Assembly (NCBI GenBank): GCA_004356105.1
Contig: SMYC01000060.1
Location: 1,194 to 65,193, forward strand
Length of the DNA: 64,000 nucleotides
DNA from: Acidobacteriota bacterium
GTDB lineage: Bacteria > Acidobacteriota > Vicinamibacteria > Marinacidobacterales > SMYC01
Reading direction: 5' to 3'
The translations under genes and the position numbers were made by a program. Of the stretch, positions 1 through 8,465 are shown in pieces. Every line of letters begins with the position of its first letter. Position 1 is the first letter of the stretch. Below the pieces are notes generated by a model, which worked only from the letters and a program-made list of their open reading frames with translations, was not told where the DNA came from and ran no database searches.

Positions 1-447
1 CTCCGACATTATGCTCTCGGATGCCCAGCACGCGCGAGGGGATCCGATACTGCAGACCGACACGCGCTCGTCGAACAGCTCCGGTCTCGCCTTCCTCGTG
101 TCCGGGTTGGGCCGAACGCCGGGCTTGAACTCGACGTCCACGATATCGACGAGCGTCTGGGGTCGAATGGCATTGATGCCGCCCTTGAGGGCCATCATCG
201 CCCGCAGATCCCAAAGGCTCAGGTCTGCGCGGAGACTCTCGGAGCCTGGGTTCGAGCCGAGCAGCACGAGCACGTTCTCCTTGGCAACGAGTCCGGGGAG
301 GATGCGAGGAGCCTCGAAAAGAGGTTTCTCCGCGAGGCTTTCTCCGAGAGCAGCAGACGCCCTTCTCGTCGCGGTCGGTGGCGACAAACGTGAGTGGGCT
401 CTCATCACGCGAGCGAGAACGGCTGTGACCATCAATGGTTGCCGCAT
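1..447 (-). CDS. Hypothetical protein, N-terminal ~149 aa only (gene runs off the window start). Start codon is the complement of 445-447.
   Basis: The reverse frame has high GC3 and a globular-looking sequence (MRQPLMVTAVLARV...ENVLVLLGSNPGSESL...KGGINAIRPQTLVDIVDVEFKPG). The forward ORF 11-745 over the same bases is S/T/R-rich, typical of a shadow frame. It is not in the ORF track because no stop lies in the window. Confidence 0.45.
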   Translation of the reverse strand, partial: MRQPLMVTAVLARVMRAHSRLSPPTATRRASAALGESLAEKPLFEAPRILPGLVAKENVLVLLGSNPGSESLRADLSLWDLRAMMALKGGINAIRPQTLVDIVDVEFKPGVRPNPDTRKARPELFDERVSVCSIGSPRACWASESIMSE

Positions 448-745
448 GGCGAGTGGGCTTCGCCTTCTGAGGGACCGGGATGAAGTCCGCCTAGGCCTTG
501 GCCAGCCTTGGTTTTTCTCGACCGAGACGCTCGCCGTCGCGCCGCCGAGCGACGTCGCCCGAAAGTGCCCCCGGTGCAAGCGGGACATCAAAGCCGGCTC
601 GGAGGCGGTGCGTTGTCCAGGGTGCGACGTCTGGTACCACCAGTCGGACGAATGGCCGTGTTGGACCTACGCCGAGACGTGCGTCCTATGCGAGCAACCC
701 ACTCAGTTTGCCGCGGGATACCGTTTCAACCCGGATGGACTTTGA
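446..745 (+). CDS. Small zinc-ribbon / multi-Cys zinc-finger protein of about 99 aa.
   Basis: It is the C-terminal part of ORF 11-745. It has two CxxC knuckles (CPRC-x12-CPGC) followed by H-x6-C-x7-C-x2-C, and GC3 rises over the Cys-rich part. Its TGA stop overlaps the ATG of the E1 gene (TGATG at 743-747), which suggests translational coupling. The exact start is uncertain. Confidence 0.45.
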   Translation: MASGLRLLRDRDEVRLGLGQPWFFSTETLAVAPPSDVARKCPRCKRDIKAGSEAVRCPGCDVWYHQSDEWPCWTYAETCVLCEQPTQFAAGYRFNPDGL

Positions 746-1873
746 TGATTTCGATGTCGAGCCCCCCTGAATCCGGCAAGCACGTCGTGGTTGTGGGGTG
801 TGGGCACCATCGGCTCGCACGTCGCGGCGCACCTCGCCAGAACGCCGGCCGTCGTGCGCGTCACCCTCGTCGATCCGGATGTCTACGACGCGTCGAATTT
901 GCGGGGGCAGAGCATAGGCGCGGCGGACGTGGGACGAAAGAAAGTCCACGTCCAAGCTCGGCGCCTTCGCTCGATCGACCGCGGGCTCGCCGTCGCGACA
1001 TGGGACGAGGTCGTCGAGAGCATGCCGCGTGGCCAACTTCGGGCAGATGTCATCCTCGCATGCCTCGATTCGCGGCGGGCGCGGCAAAGCGTCAATGAGC
1101 TGGCATTCGTTCTCGGCGTGCCTTGGATCGACGCCGGCGTCTCCTCCGAAGCCCATCTGGCCAGAGTCGACGTTTACCATCCGGGCAAAAGGAACCCTTG
1201 TCTCGAATGCGCGTGGGACGATCGAGACTACGCCGCTCTCGAGCAGCTTTATCCATGCTTGGCGGGTGGCTTAGGCGGCGGCGAGCCCGCGCCCACGAAC
1301 GCGTCCTCGAGTCTCGGGGCTCTTGCGGCATCGCTTCAGATGATCGAATGCGAAAAGCTCATCTCGAGGAGCGCTCTCGCCGCTGACGGCGGTACGCAGG
1401 TTCTGATCGATGTGGGTCGGCACAAACATTACGTGACCCGTTTTCGTCGCAATCCTCGTTGCCGCTTGCCGTCTCACGAATCTTTGACGGTTGAGCCACT
1501 CTCGACAACGGCCCGGGATTTGACGCTTTCTGAGACCTTTGGGCTCGCGCGGCTCCGACGCGAAGCGTCCGAGGTCCACGTCGCCGGAAAATCCTTCATT
1601 CGCGGTTTCACATGCATGGGTTGCGCCCGCACGAGAGACGCTTTTCAGCTCGTCGTCGACGCCGTACGCCCACTTTGTCGGCTCTGTCGCCACCCGATGC
1701 GGGCCGCGGGACTGGACACCGTCGACCGCGTCGAGCTTCGCACCCTTCCGGCGAAGTGGCTCGGACGGAACCTGGCCTCGCTCGGCTTTCGTGCGGGCGA
1801 GATCGTGACGGTCGGCGACGCAAGGCAACAGCGGCACTTTGAGCTCGGAGGTACCCGCAATGACTCGAGGTAG
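745..1873 (+). CDS. E1-like ubiquitin-activating-family enzyme (ThiF/MoeB/HesA Rossmann fold) with a Cys-rich C-terminal extension. A +1 frameshift lies near 802-804.
   Basis: Reading from ATG 745 gives MISMSSPPESGKHVVVVGCG, and ORF 791-1873 continues with TIGSHVAAHLARTPAVVRVTLVDPDVYDASNLRGQ. Joined, this is a canonical E1 Gly-loop followed by the D-x-D...NL-RQ motif. The join requires deleting one G from the run at 802-804. There are CxxC pairs at CLEC and CMGC...CRLC. Confidence 0.75.
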
Positions 1874-2357
1874 AGACCCCATCTTTCGTAGCTTCCTCGA
1901 AAGGCAGTACGAGGACGGTAACGAATTCACGGAGACGAGCAAACGGGTCGAGCTCGTACCGCTTCATGGCTCGCCACCATCCCGCTATCTGGTGCGCTTC
2001 GATGCCAAAGGCCTCGTGCGCCACGGCGCCTCCGAACCGCAAGAAGCAACCTCCTTCACCATGGGCCTGTATTTTCACGACGGCTATTTGAGACGGACGA
2101 ATCCGGGCCGTGTTCTGACGTGGCTGAGCCCGGTCGAGGTCTTTCACCCGAATATCGCAGCGCCATTCATCTGCATCGGGCCGGTGGCTCCGGGAACCGG
2201 TCTCGTCGATCTGCTCTACCGTGTGTACGAGGTAATCACGTTTCACAACGTCTCGCCCCGCGAGGACGACGCGCTCAACCGCGCCGCCTGCGCGTGGGCG
2301 AGACAGAACCGCCGTCTTTTCCCCCTCGACCGCCGTCCGTTCAAGAGCCTCACATGA
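1860..2357 (+). CDS. E2-like ubiquitin-conjugating (UBC-fold) protein.
   Basis: It contains HPNIAAPFICIG, an HPN motif with a Cys 8 residues later as in eukaryotic E2 active sites (compare HPNINSNGSICL). A GGAGG Shine-Dalgarno lies 9 nt upstream of ATG 1860 (the ORF track starts at TTG 1839). It overlaps the E1 3' end by 14 nt, and its TGA overlaps the next ATG (ATGA). Confidence 0.65.
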   Translation: MTRGRDPIFRSFLERQYEDGNEFTETSKRVELVPLHGSPPSRYLVRFDAKGLVRHGASEPQEATSFTMGLYFHDGYLRRTNPGRVLTWLSPVEVFHPNIAAPFICIGPVAPGTGLVDLLYRVYEVITFHNVSPREDDALNRAACAWARQNRRLFPLDRRPFKSLT

Positions 2358-3244
2358 TGAAGGGCGCGTTCCGTAGGCTCGCTCGCGACGGCATCACCGT
2401 CGTCGAACGGCGTGACTGGCTCCACCTCCGGCGCCCGCTGAGTGCCGGGCGGGAACCGGTCTCTGACTGGCACCGGCTCGAGTGGAACCACCAGCTCGCG
2501 GGTGGCACGAAGCTCGCGCTCGCGAGCGACGGCAGGATCGAGCTTCGAAGCGAGATCCCAGTTTGCGACAAGGACCGTCTCTCCGAGCGCCTCGCCCGGA
2601 CGCGCCAAGGGTTCAAGCAGGGCGCCGCGCAACACGATGGAGAGTCTTCGCGCCCGCGCCTATCGACGACCGAACCTCTCGAGCCTCTCGAGCCTCTTGA
2701 TATTGCCCGACTCGAAGCGATGCTCGACGAGGGCGGCCGTGTTTTCCGACGCCGATCCGAAAGCGCACTCAGCGTCACGCTCCCGGGCGTCGTCGAGCGC
2801 CCCCTATGCCTCGAGTCGACGCCTCGATGGGCGGTTCGCGCCTCGCTCGATCTCGTCACGCTCGCGGACTGGTCCCCTGAGTCCCGAACCGCGTTCTGCC
2901 GTTTCCTCATGATGACGAACGGCACCCTTCGCCTGGCCCGCGCAAGCCTCGAGGGCGAACGAGCCCGGTTCGAGGTTTGCTACGACACCACGCCCACTCT
3001 GATCGATCTCGACCACGCCATCGTCGCACTAGAAGCGGCCTCTCGTTTCTACTACCGCGAAGCACGCGCTCTCAGCGAGCCTGTTTTGGCCAGCCGTTTC
3101 CTGGACTGGCTCGAAGGCCCTTCCGAGAGCTCACGAACGACCACTCACACCGAACACCTACAAACGCGAGCACGGCCACGTCGTCCGCTTGCTCCGCGTC
3201 ACCCTCTGGGGATGTCCCGGCCGCTGTTGAATCTGGTCGGGTAG
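2354..3244 (+). CDS. Hypothetical protein of 296 aa, co-operonic with E1/E2.
   Basis: This is the in-frame part of ORF 2120-3244 from ATGATG at 2354, ATGA-coupled to the E2 stop. It looks globular with acidic patches (EPLEPLEPLD) and has no JAB HxH...S..D motif and no terminal GG. Confidence 0.5.
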   Translation: MMKGAFRRLARDGITVVERRDWLHLRRPLSAGREPVSDWHRLEWNHQLAGGTKLALASDGRIELRSEIPVCDKDRLSERLARTRQGFKQGAAQHDGESSRPRLSTTEPLEPLEPLDIARLEAMLDEGGRVFRRRSESALSVTLPGVVERPLCLESTPRWAVRASLDLVTLADWSPESRTAFCRFLMMTNGTLRLARASLEGERARFEVCYDTTPTLIDLDHAIVALEAASRFYYREARALSEPVLASRFLDWLEGPSESSRTTTHTEHLQTRARPRRPLAPRHPLGMSRPLLNLVG

Positions 3245-3520
3245 CGGCGGCACCAGTGAATACTCTCACGCAGCAAACTCATCGCTGTCAAGAGATTTCT
3301 GTTTGCTTCTAAGGGCGTGAACAAGAGCTGTCTCTCATCATTATTAATCTGGACGGGCCACCGGTCGCAAAGGCCGTGTTCCGATACGGTCGAGATGGCG
3401 CTCAGCATGTGGAGTGCGGCCGATGACCCTGGTTGACAACACAAGGACATTGGCTAAATTGGTGAGAACGAACTCCCGCTGCCTTGTTCAGAATGCGAGC
3501 GACGAGAGTTGCCAGCGCTC

Positions 3521-3930
3521 TCAGGCCGCCTCGCGCCATTCGTACCGGTGGTGCGGTCCGCCCACTCGCGGCAGTGCAACGACTCTCGCCGTTGAGGATG
3601 GCCGAGGTGTGGCATCTCTCTCGTTCGGCGTATCCTTGTGGAGCGCCAAGTGACAGCGGTCCTCGTGATAGTAGCTGATGTAAGACCGCACGAGGCGAAT
3701 GAAATGACGCTCGCTAAGGACGACTACGTGTTCGAGGAGCTCTCGACGACAGCTGCCGATCCAGCGCTCGGCTGTCCCGTTCTGCCACGGGCTCCGATAA
3801 GAAATGCGAACAGGCTTTGTGCCCATGGCCCTTATAAACTCAACCACCGCAGGCTGAATATAGAGTCGCGGTCGAAGACCAGGTATCGCGGCGCGGTGTC
3901 GTACGGAAACGCGTCACGTAGTTGCTGCAT
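3521..3930 (-). mobile_element. IS481-family (rve/DDE integrase) transposase remnant, C-terminal ~135 aa, with an internal frameshift and stop. The N-terminal catalytic region is missing.
   Basis: ORF 3521-3847 reads SPWQNGTAERW...YYHEDRCHLALHKDTP...GGPHHRYEWREAA, typical of the rve C-terminus. The upstream piece MQQLRDAFPYDTAPRYLVFDRDSIFS is in another frame and ends at a TAA. Confidence 0.6.
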
Positions 3931-3943
3931 CACCCACGCCGGC

Positions 3944-4007
3944 GTCGGATGGAACGTGGCGTTGAAGTGCAAGATATCTTGTACTTCAACGCCACGTTGC
4001 ATCCGAC
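3944..4007. repeat. 64-bp near-perfect inverted repeat (palindrome) with 2 mismatches.
   Basis: The left arm gtcggatggaacgtggcgttgaagtgcaagat and the right arm atcttgtacttcaacgccacgttgcatccgac are reverse complements apart from 2 positions. It is centred on gat|atc at 3975/3976. Confidence 0.85.
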
Positions 4008-4234
4008 AAGAAGAACAGGTGTCCCAAGGTGAGAAGAGGCCCGAGAAGTTCGCTGCGGCACGGAATACATGAACTGGCCTTTCTCGTCTTCATGATCGAA
4101 TGCTGTGGTTCGTCTTGAACCCACATTACGGCTGCAAGAAGTTCACGAAAGAGAACGTGCGGTGGCACAAGCGCTGGACCCTTGGCGTCCCCATGGACTC
4201 TGTGGCCGCCGGAGCCCTCGCGATGTGCTCTTAG

Positions 4235-5059
4235 CTATTTCGTAAGCTCGCGGTGCACGCCTTCGATGTTCATGTCGAAGTGCTCGTCGTAGCGTGTCCA
4301 GTCCGTGTACTCCGAAAGCTCCACCGATTCTTGCATCTGCGCGAGTGTCTGACCTTTGTCGATGCCATCTTGAACGGCCGCAATCAGAGCCTTCATGTAT
4401 CCGATATATTCCCCGACATTTTCCTTCTTCCCCGTCGGTCCGTGCCCGGGCGCGAGAATCTCGAAGTCGATCGCGTCCATTTTCTCGAGGGCGGCGAGCC
4501 ACTCGTGTGGATCGGACCCGGACATGTTGCGCCATGGAACAACGCGAACGCCGACGGCATCCACCATGAACGCAACGCCGCGCTCGGGAACGTGGACGAT
4601 GATGTTGCTCTCCGTCTCGGACGGTCCGGGGAAGATCAAGCGAACTTCCAAATCGTCCAGATAGAGAGAGGTCTCTTCGGCAAAAGTGATGTGGGGCGGG
4701 AGGATGTCCCCTTGAATGTGATCAAGCACCCCTTGATGCGCGATGATCGTCACGTCGTCACCGAACGCAGCGCCGCCGGAGACGTGGTCGGCGTGATGGT
4801 GGCTGTAGACGAGGTACTTGATGGGCGCCTGACTTATCTTGCGGATTTCCTCTACGTAGTGCGGCGCCGCTTCCACCGATTGCGGATCGGTCGCAAGAAT
4901 GGCGCTGTCGGTGACAACGAAGAGCGAACGATGCGCGTTGTGGGTAAAGAGATAGACGTTCTCCGCTAGCTTCTCGACTTCGATCTTCGGTGTGTCTTGC
5001 ACGGCCAAAGCTGCGCCCGCGAGCATCGTCAAGAGAACCAGCATTATTGTACGCGGCAT
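4235..5059 (-). CDS. Secreted metallo-beta-lactamase-fold hydrolase (subclass B3-like).
   Basis: It has a signal peptide (MPRTIMLVLLTMLAGAALA) and the HHHADH zinc-binding motif. Downstream His/Asp residues are consistent with the MBL fold. Confidence 0.8.
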   Translation of the reverse strand: MPRTIMLVLLTMLAGAALAVQDTPKIEVEKLAENVYLFTHNAHRSLFVVTDSAILATDPQSVEAAPHYVEEIRKISQAPIKYLVYSHHHADHVSGGAAFGDDVTIIAHQGVLDHIQGDILPPHITFAEETSLYLDDLEVRLIFPGPSETESNIIVHVPERGVAFMVDAVGVRVVPWRNMSGSDPHEWLAALEKMDAIDFEILAPGHGPTGKKENVGEYIGYMKALIAAVQDGIDKGQTLAQMQESVELSEYTDWTRYDEHFDMNIEGVHRELTK

Positions 5060-5143
5060 GACCTAACCTCCCTGTTGGTTCGAGGATAGTAAGGCGGGCG
5101 GTCCACCGGACGCAAACCCGTGATCTTGATAAGATGGCGCCCT

Positions 5144-5953
5144 ATGTTCGGACTCGTCGTCGCGCTTGCCCTCGCGCAATCCACACCTCTGAAGGTAGCC
5201 GCCGATGTCGGTTTCGCGCCGCACGCGATGGCCCTCCCGGATGGCTCCACCGAAGGCTTCAATATCGACCTCGCCGCGGAGATTGCCAAACGGCTCGGTA
5301 GGCCGGGCTACGAGATCGTGGACTCCGAGTGGTCAGGCATGTTTGCCGGTCTCGGCGCGAGAAAATTCGAGTTCATCATCGCCCCGACGACGGCGACACC
5401 CGAGCGGGCGCGGATGGTGCTCTTCACCGAAGGCTATCTCGACACGGATTATACGTTTCTGATTGGGAGACACTCGCCCGAAATCACGTCGCCCGAGGAT
5501 CTGCGGGACAAAGCCATCGCGGTCAATAACGGCTCCGCCTATGACCTGTGGGCAACGGAGAACGCCGCGAAATACGGCTTCGAAGTGCAGCGTTACGGCA
5601 AGAACGCCGACGCGATCCAGGCCGTCCTGACGAGGCGCGCTTATGCCAACCTCGCCGCGCACTCGGTTGTGAGCTGGGCCGCTCAGAAAAATACGCTTGT
5701 GAAGACGAGCTACACGATCCGCTCGGGTCGGGCCTTCGCGATGGCCTTTCGCAAGGAAGACGCCGCCTATCGCAATCAAGTGGAAGAAATCCTGGAATGC
5801 ATGAAGCTGGACGGCACTCTCGCATACATCCATGAAAAATGGCTCGGGGAGGCCCCGGCCGAAGGCTCGGCGGCCGCGACCGTCTACGAGGGCTATGGTG
5901 TTCCCGGGCTCGACGGCTTCGATCCCACGCCACACGAAGCGACGTGCCGCTAA
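5144..5953 (+). CDS. Amino-acid ABC transporter periplasmic substrate-binding protein (SBP_bac_3 family).
   Basis: It has a signal peptide and the family-3 SBP pattern, and it sits directly upstream of the ATPase and two permeases. Confidence 0.8.
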   Translation: MFGLVVALALAQSTPLKVAADVGFAPHAMALPDGSTEGFNIDLAAEIAKRLGRPGYEIVDSEWSGMFAGLGARKFEFIIAPTTATPERARMVLFTEGYLDTDYTFLIGRHSPEITSPEDLRDKAIAVNNGSAYDLWATENAAKYGFEVQRYGKNADAIQAVLTRRAYANLAAHSVVSWAAQKNTLVKTSYTIRSGRAFAMAFRKEDAAYRNQVEEILECMKLDGTLAYIHEKWLGEAPAEGSAAATVYEGYGVPGLDGFDPTPHEATCR

Positions 5954-6687
5954 GAGACGTCATCCTTCACATCGAAGGCCTCCGCAAATCCTTCGGCGAT
6001 CTCGAAGTCCTCAAAGGCGTCGACCTCGAGCTTTCGCGAAAAGAGATGCTCTTCCTCATCGGCCCCTCGGGCTCGGGCAAGAGCACGCTCCTTCGTTGCT
6101 GCAACCGGCTGGAGGAGCCGTCCTCCGGCTTGATCTCGTTCGACGGCGAGAACATCTTGAGCGCCGAGATCGACGTGAACCGATTGCGCCAAAAAATGGG
6201 CATGGTGTTCCAGTCGTTCAACCTCTATCCGCACATGACGGCGCTCGGCAACGTGACGCTCGCGCTTCGAAAAGTGCTAAAGCGGCCGAAGCGCGAGGCC
6301 GAGGACGCGGGGCGGGCCGCGCTCGAGCAGGTCGGGCTGGTAGACAAAGCTGATGCTTACCCGAACGAGCTCTCTGGAGGCCAGAAGCAGCGGGTCGCCA
6401 TCGCACGAGCGCTCGCGCTCGAGCCGCGCACACTCCTCATGGACGAGCCGACGAGCTCACTCGATCCAGAGCTCGTGGGAAGCGTGCTGAAGGTCATCCG
6501 TGAGCTGCGGGCGTCGGGGATGACCATGCTCATCGTCAGTCATGAGATGGCCTTTGCCCGTGAAGCCGCCGACCGCGTTCTGTTCATGGATGCGGGCGAG
6601 ATCGTCGAGCAGGGAGACCCGGAAGCGCTCTTCACCGAACCGAGAGAAGCGCGCACGCGCGCTTTTCTCGAGCGTTTTCAAAGCTAA
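5944..6687 (+). CDS. Amino-acid ABC transporter ATP-binding protein.
   Basis: It has Walker A (GPSGSGKST), the signature LSGGQKQRVAIARALA, and Walker B (LLMDEPTSSLD). The likely start is GTG 5944, overlapping the SBP stop. Confidence 0.85.
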   Translation: MPLRDVILHIEGLRKSFGDLEVLKGVDLELSRKEMLFLIGPSGSGKSTLLRCCNRLEEPSSGLISFDGENILSAEIDVNRLRQKMGMVFQSFNLYPHMTALGNVTLALRKVLKRPKREAEDAGRAALEQVGLVDKADAYPNELSGGQKQRVAIARALALEPRTLLMDEPTSSLDPELVGSVLKVIRELRASGMTMLIVSHEMAFAREAADRVLFMDAGEIVEQGDPEALFTEPREARTRAFLERFQS

Positions 6688-7358
6688 TGGGATCGCTCGT
6701 CGACAGTTTCTTCAACGCGGAGATTCTGGCGCGAGCGCTGCCGGCCGTCACGGCGGGACTCTGGGTCACGCTGCAGCTAACGCTCGCCATCATCCCGACA
6801 GGCATCACACTCGGACTCGCATTAGCACTCGTGCGCGTACGGCGCCTTCGCCCTCTCAACATTCTGATCGTCATCTTCGTCGACGTATTTCGCGCGGTCC
6901 CTCCACTCGTCATCTTGATCGTGCTCTACTTCGCGCTCCCCTATCTCGATATCCGGCTCTCGGGATTCACCGCCGCGTGGCTCGGATTGAGCCTCGTCCT
7001 CGCAGCTTTTTCCGAAGAGATTTTCTGGGCCGGCATCTTGTCCGTCGACGAGGGCCAGTGGGAGGCCGCGCGCGCGACGGGACTCAGCTCGAGCGCGACG
7101 CTCGTCTACGTCGTCTTGCCTCAAGCGGTTCGCCTTGCCATTGCGCCGCTCACGAACCGCGCGATCGCGATCGGCAAAGGAACAGCTCTCGCCTCCGTCA
7201 TCGCCGTACCCGAGATCCTCAATCAAGCGACGAGCATCCAAGCGCAAACGGCCAACCCGTCGCCGTTGACGCTCGCGGCAATGGCCTACCTCGTGCTGTT
7301 TCTTCCACTCGTGGTGGCGAGCCGATGGGTGGAATCGCGCTTTGGCTGGAGGCATTGA
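6687..7358 (+). CDS. Amino-acid ABC transporter permease.
   Basis: It has multiple transmembrane segments and the EAA loop (EAARATGLS). Its ATG overlaps the ATPase stop. Confidence 0.8.
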   Translation: MGSLVDSFFNAEILARALPAVTAGLWVTLQLTLAIIPTGITLGLALALVRVRRLRPLNILIVIFVDVFRAVPPLVILIVLYFALPYLDIRLSGFTAAWLGLSLVLAAFSEEIFWAGILSVDEGQWEAARATGLSSSATLVYVVLPQAVRLAIAPLTNRAIAIGKGTALASVIAVPEILNQATSIQAQTANPSPLTLAAMAYLVLFLPLVVASRWVESRFGWRH

Positions 7359-8029
7359 TGGAATCTCTCATCGACAGCTTCTTCAATCCCGAGGTCATGA
7401 AAGCGAGCCTGCCCTACTTGGTTCGTGGGCTCGTCATGACGCTTCAGCTCTCGTCAATCGTCATCCCGACAGGCGTCGTGAGCGGCGCCGTGCTCGCGAT
7501 TCTCTTCACCTCCCATCACCGATGGCTTCGCGCTCTCCTCATCGTCTATGTCGATTTCTTCCGCGCTTTCCCGCCTCTCGTCCTCGTGATCTTCGTGTTC
7601 TACGGGCTTCCTTATCTCGGGATCGAGATTTCGAATCTCGCTGCCGTGAGCCTCGCTCTTGTCTTGAACACGTCGAGCTTCTACGGGGAGATTTTTCGCG
7701 CGGGCATCGAGAGCATTCCAGCCGGGCAGTGGGAAGCGGCACGAGCGACAGGGCTCTCTTCGTTGCAAACGATGACCTATGTCGTCTTGCCACAAGCGAC
7801 GCGCAACGTGCTTCCCGACCTCGTGAGCAATACGCTCGAAGTGGTGAAGCTCACTTCGCTCGCGAGCGTTGTCGCACTTCCAGAGCTTTTGCGGATGGCG
7901 CGCATTGCGCAAGGCGTAACCTTCAACCCCACGCCCCTCGTGATGGCCGCGCTCGTTTACCTCGTGTTCCTTTGGCCCCTCGTCCGGCTCTTGAGCTCTA
8001 TGGAGCGCCGTTTGGCTGCTCCCGTTTGA
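7358..8029 (+). CDS. Amino-acid ABC transporter permease (second copy).
   Basis: It is a paralogue of the previous gene (MESLIDSFFNPEV...EAARATGLS). It overlaps the first permease by ATGA. The upstream part of ORF 6542-8029 is a shadow frame. Confidence 0.8.
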   Translation: MESLIDSFFNPEVMKASLPYLVRGLVMTLQLSSIVIPTGVVSGAVLAILFTSHHRWLRALLIVYVDFFRAFPPLVLVIFVFYGLPYLGIEISNLAAVSLALVLNTSSFYGEIFRAGIESIPAGQWEAARATGLSSLQTMTYVVLPQATRNVLPDLVSNTLEVVKLTSLASVVALPELLRMARIAQGVTFNPTPLVMAALVYLVFLWPLVRLLSSMERRLAAPV

Positions 8030-8043
8030 GTTAGAATCATGCC

Positions 8044-8442
8044 ATGAACGATATCGCTACGCTCCTGACCGAGCCGGCAACCACGGTCGCGGTCGTCGGC
8101 GCAACGGACAATCCGAGCAAATACGGCTACGTGATTTATCGGGACCTCAAGCGCAAGGGGTACAGCATCTATCCGGTCAACTCGAACCGCTCCGAAGTCG
8201 ACGGCGACAAGGCTTATTCGAAGCTCGCCGAGATTCCAGAGAAGCCGACGATCGTGAACATCGTCGTGCCGCCCGCCGAGACGGTCCAAGTATTGGAACA
8301 GAGTCTTCTGCTTCATCTCATGAATGTCTGGCTCCAACCCGGCGCCGAGAGCCCGGAAGCCATGGCCTTTCTGCAAGAGCACGATTTCAACTACCTCGCC
8401 AACGCTTGCATCATGATCGAAAGCCGTCTCGCGGTTCGGTGA
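8044..8442 (+). CDS. CoA-binding domain protein (YccU-like).
   Basis: The sequence VAVVGATDNPSKYGYVIYRDLKRKGYSIYPVN is the typical CoA_binding_2 N-terminus. Confidence 0.7.
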   Translation: MNDIATLLTEPATTVAVVGATDNPSKYGYVIYRDLKRKGYSIYPVNSNRSEVDGDKAYSKLAEIPEKPTIVNIVVPPAETVQVLEQSLLLHLMNVWLQPGAESPEAMAFLQEHDFNYLANACIMIESRLAVR

Positions 8443-8465
8443 CCGGTAAACGTGAAGCGTGAAAC

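Noticed and set aside
11-445. The N-terminal 145 codons of forward ORF 11-745 considered as a real protein.
   Set aside because: It is S/T/R/G-rich and low in complexity. It lies in the antisense frame that inherits GC3 from the better-looking reverse-strand gene (1-447). Only the Cys-rich C-terminal third (446-745) was kept.
508-1098. ORF 508-1098 (196 aa) considered as an independent gene.
   Set aside because: Only its codons 80-99 (MISMSSPPESGKHVVVVGCG) are meaningful; they are the true N-terminus of the E1 before the frameshift. The remainder is Arg-rich shadow frame.
2120-2353. The 5' extension of ORF 2120-3244 overlapping the E2 gene.
   Set aside because: It is Arg/Pro-rich with no coding bias. 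ATGATG at 2354 with ATGA coupling to the E2 stop is a far better start.
6542-7357. The upstream part of ORF 6542-8029.
   Set aside because: It is low-complexity Arg-rich antisense or out-of-frame with permease 1. The true second permease starts at ATG 7358.
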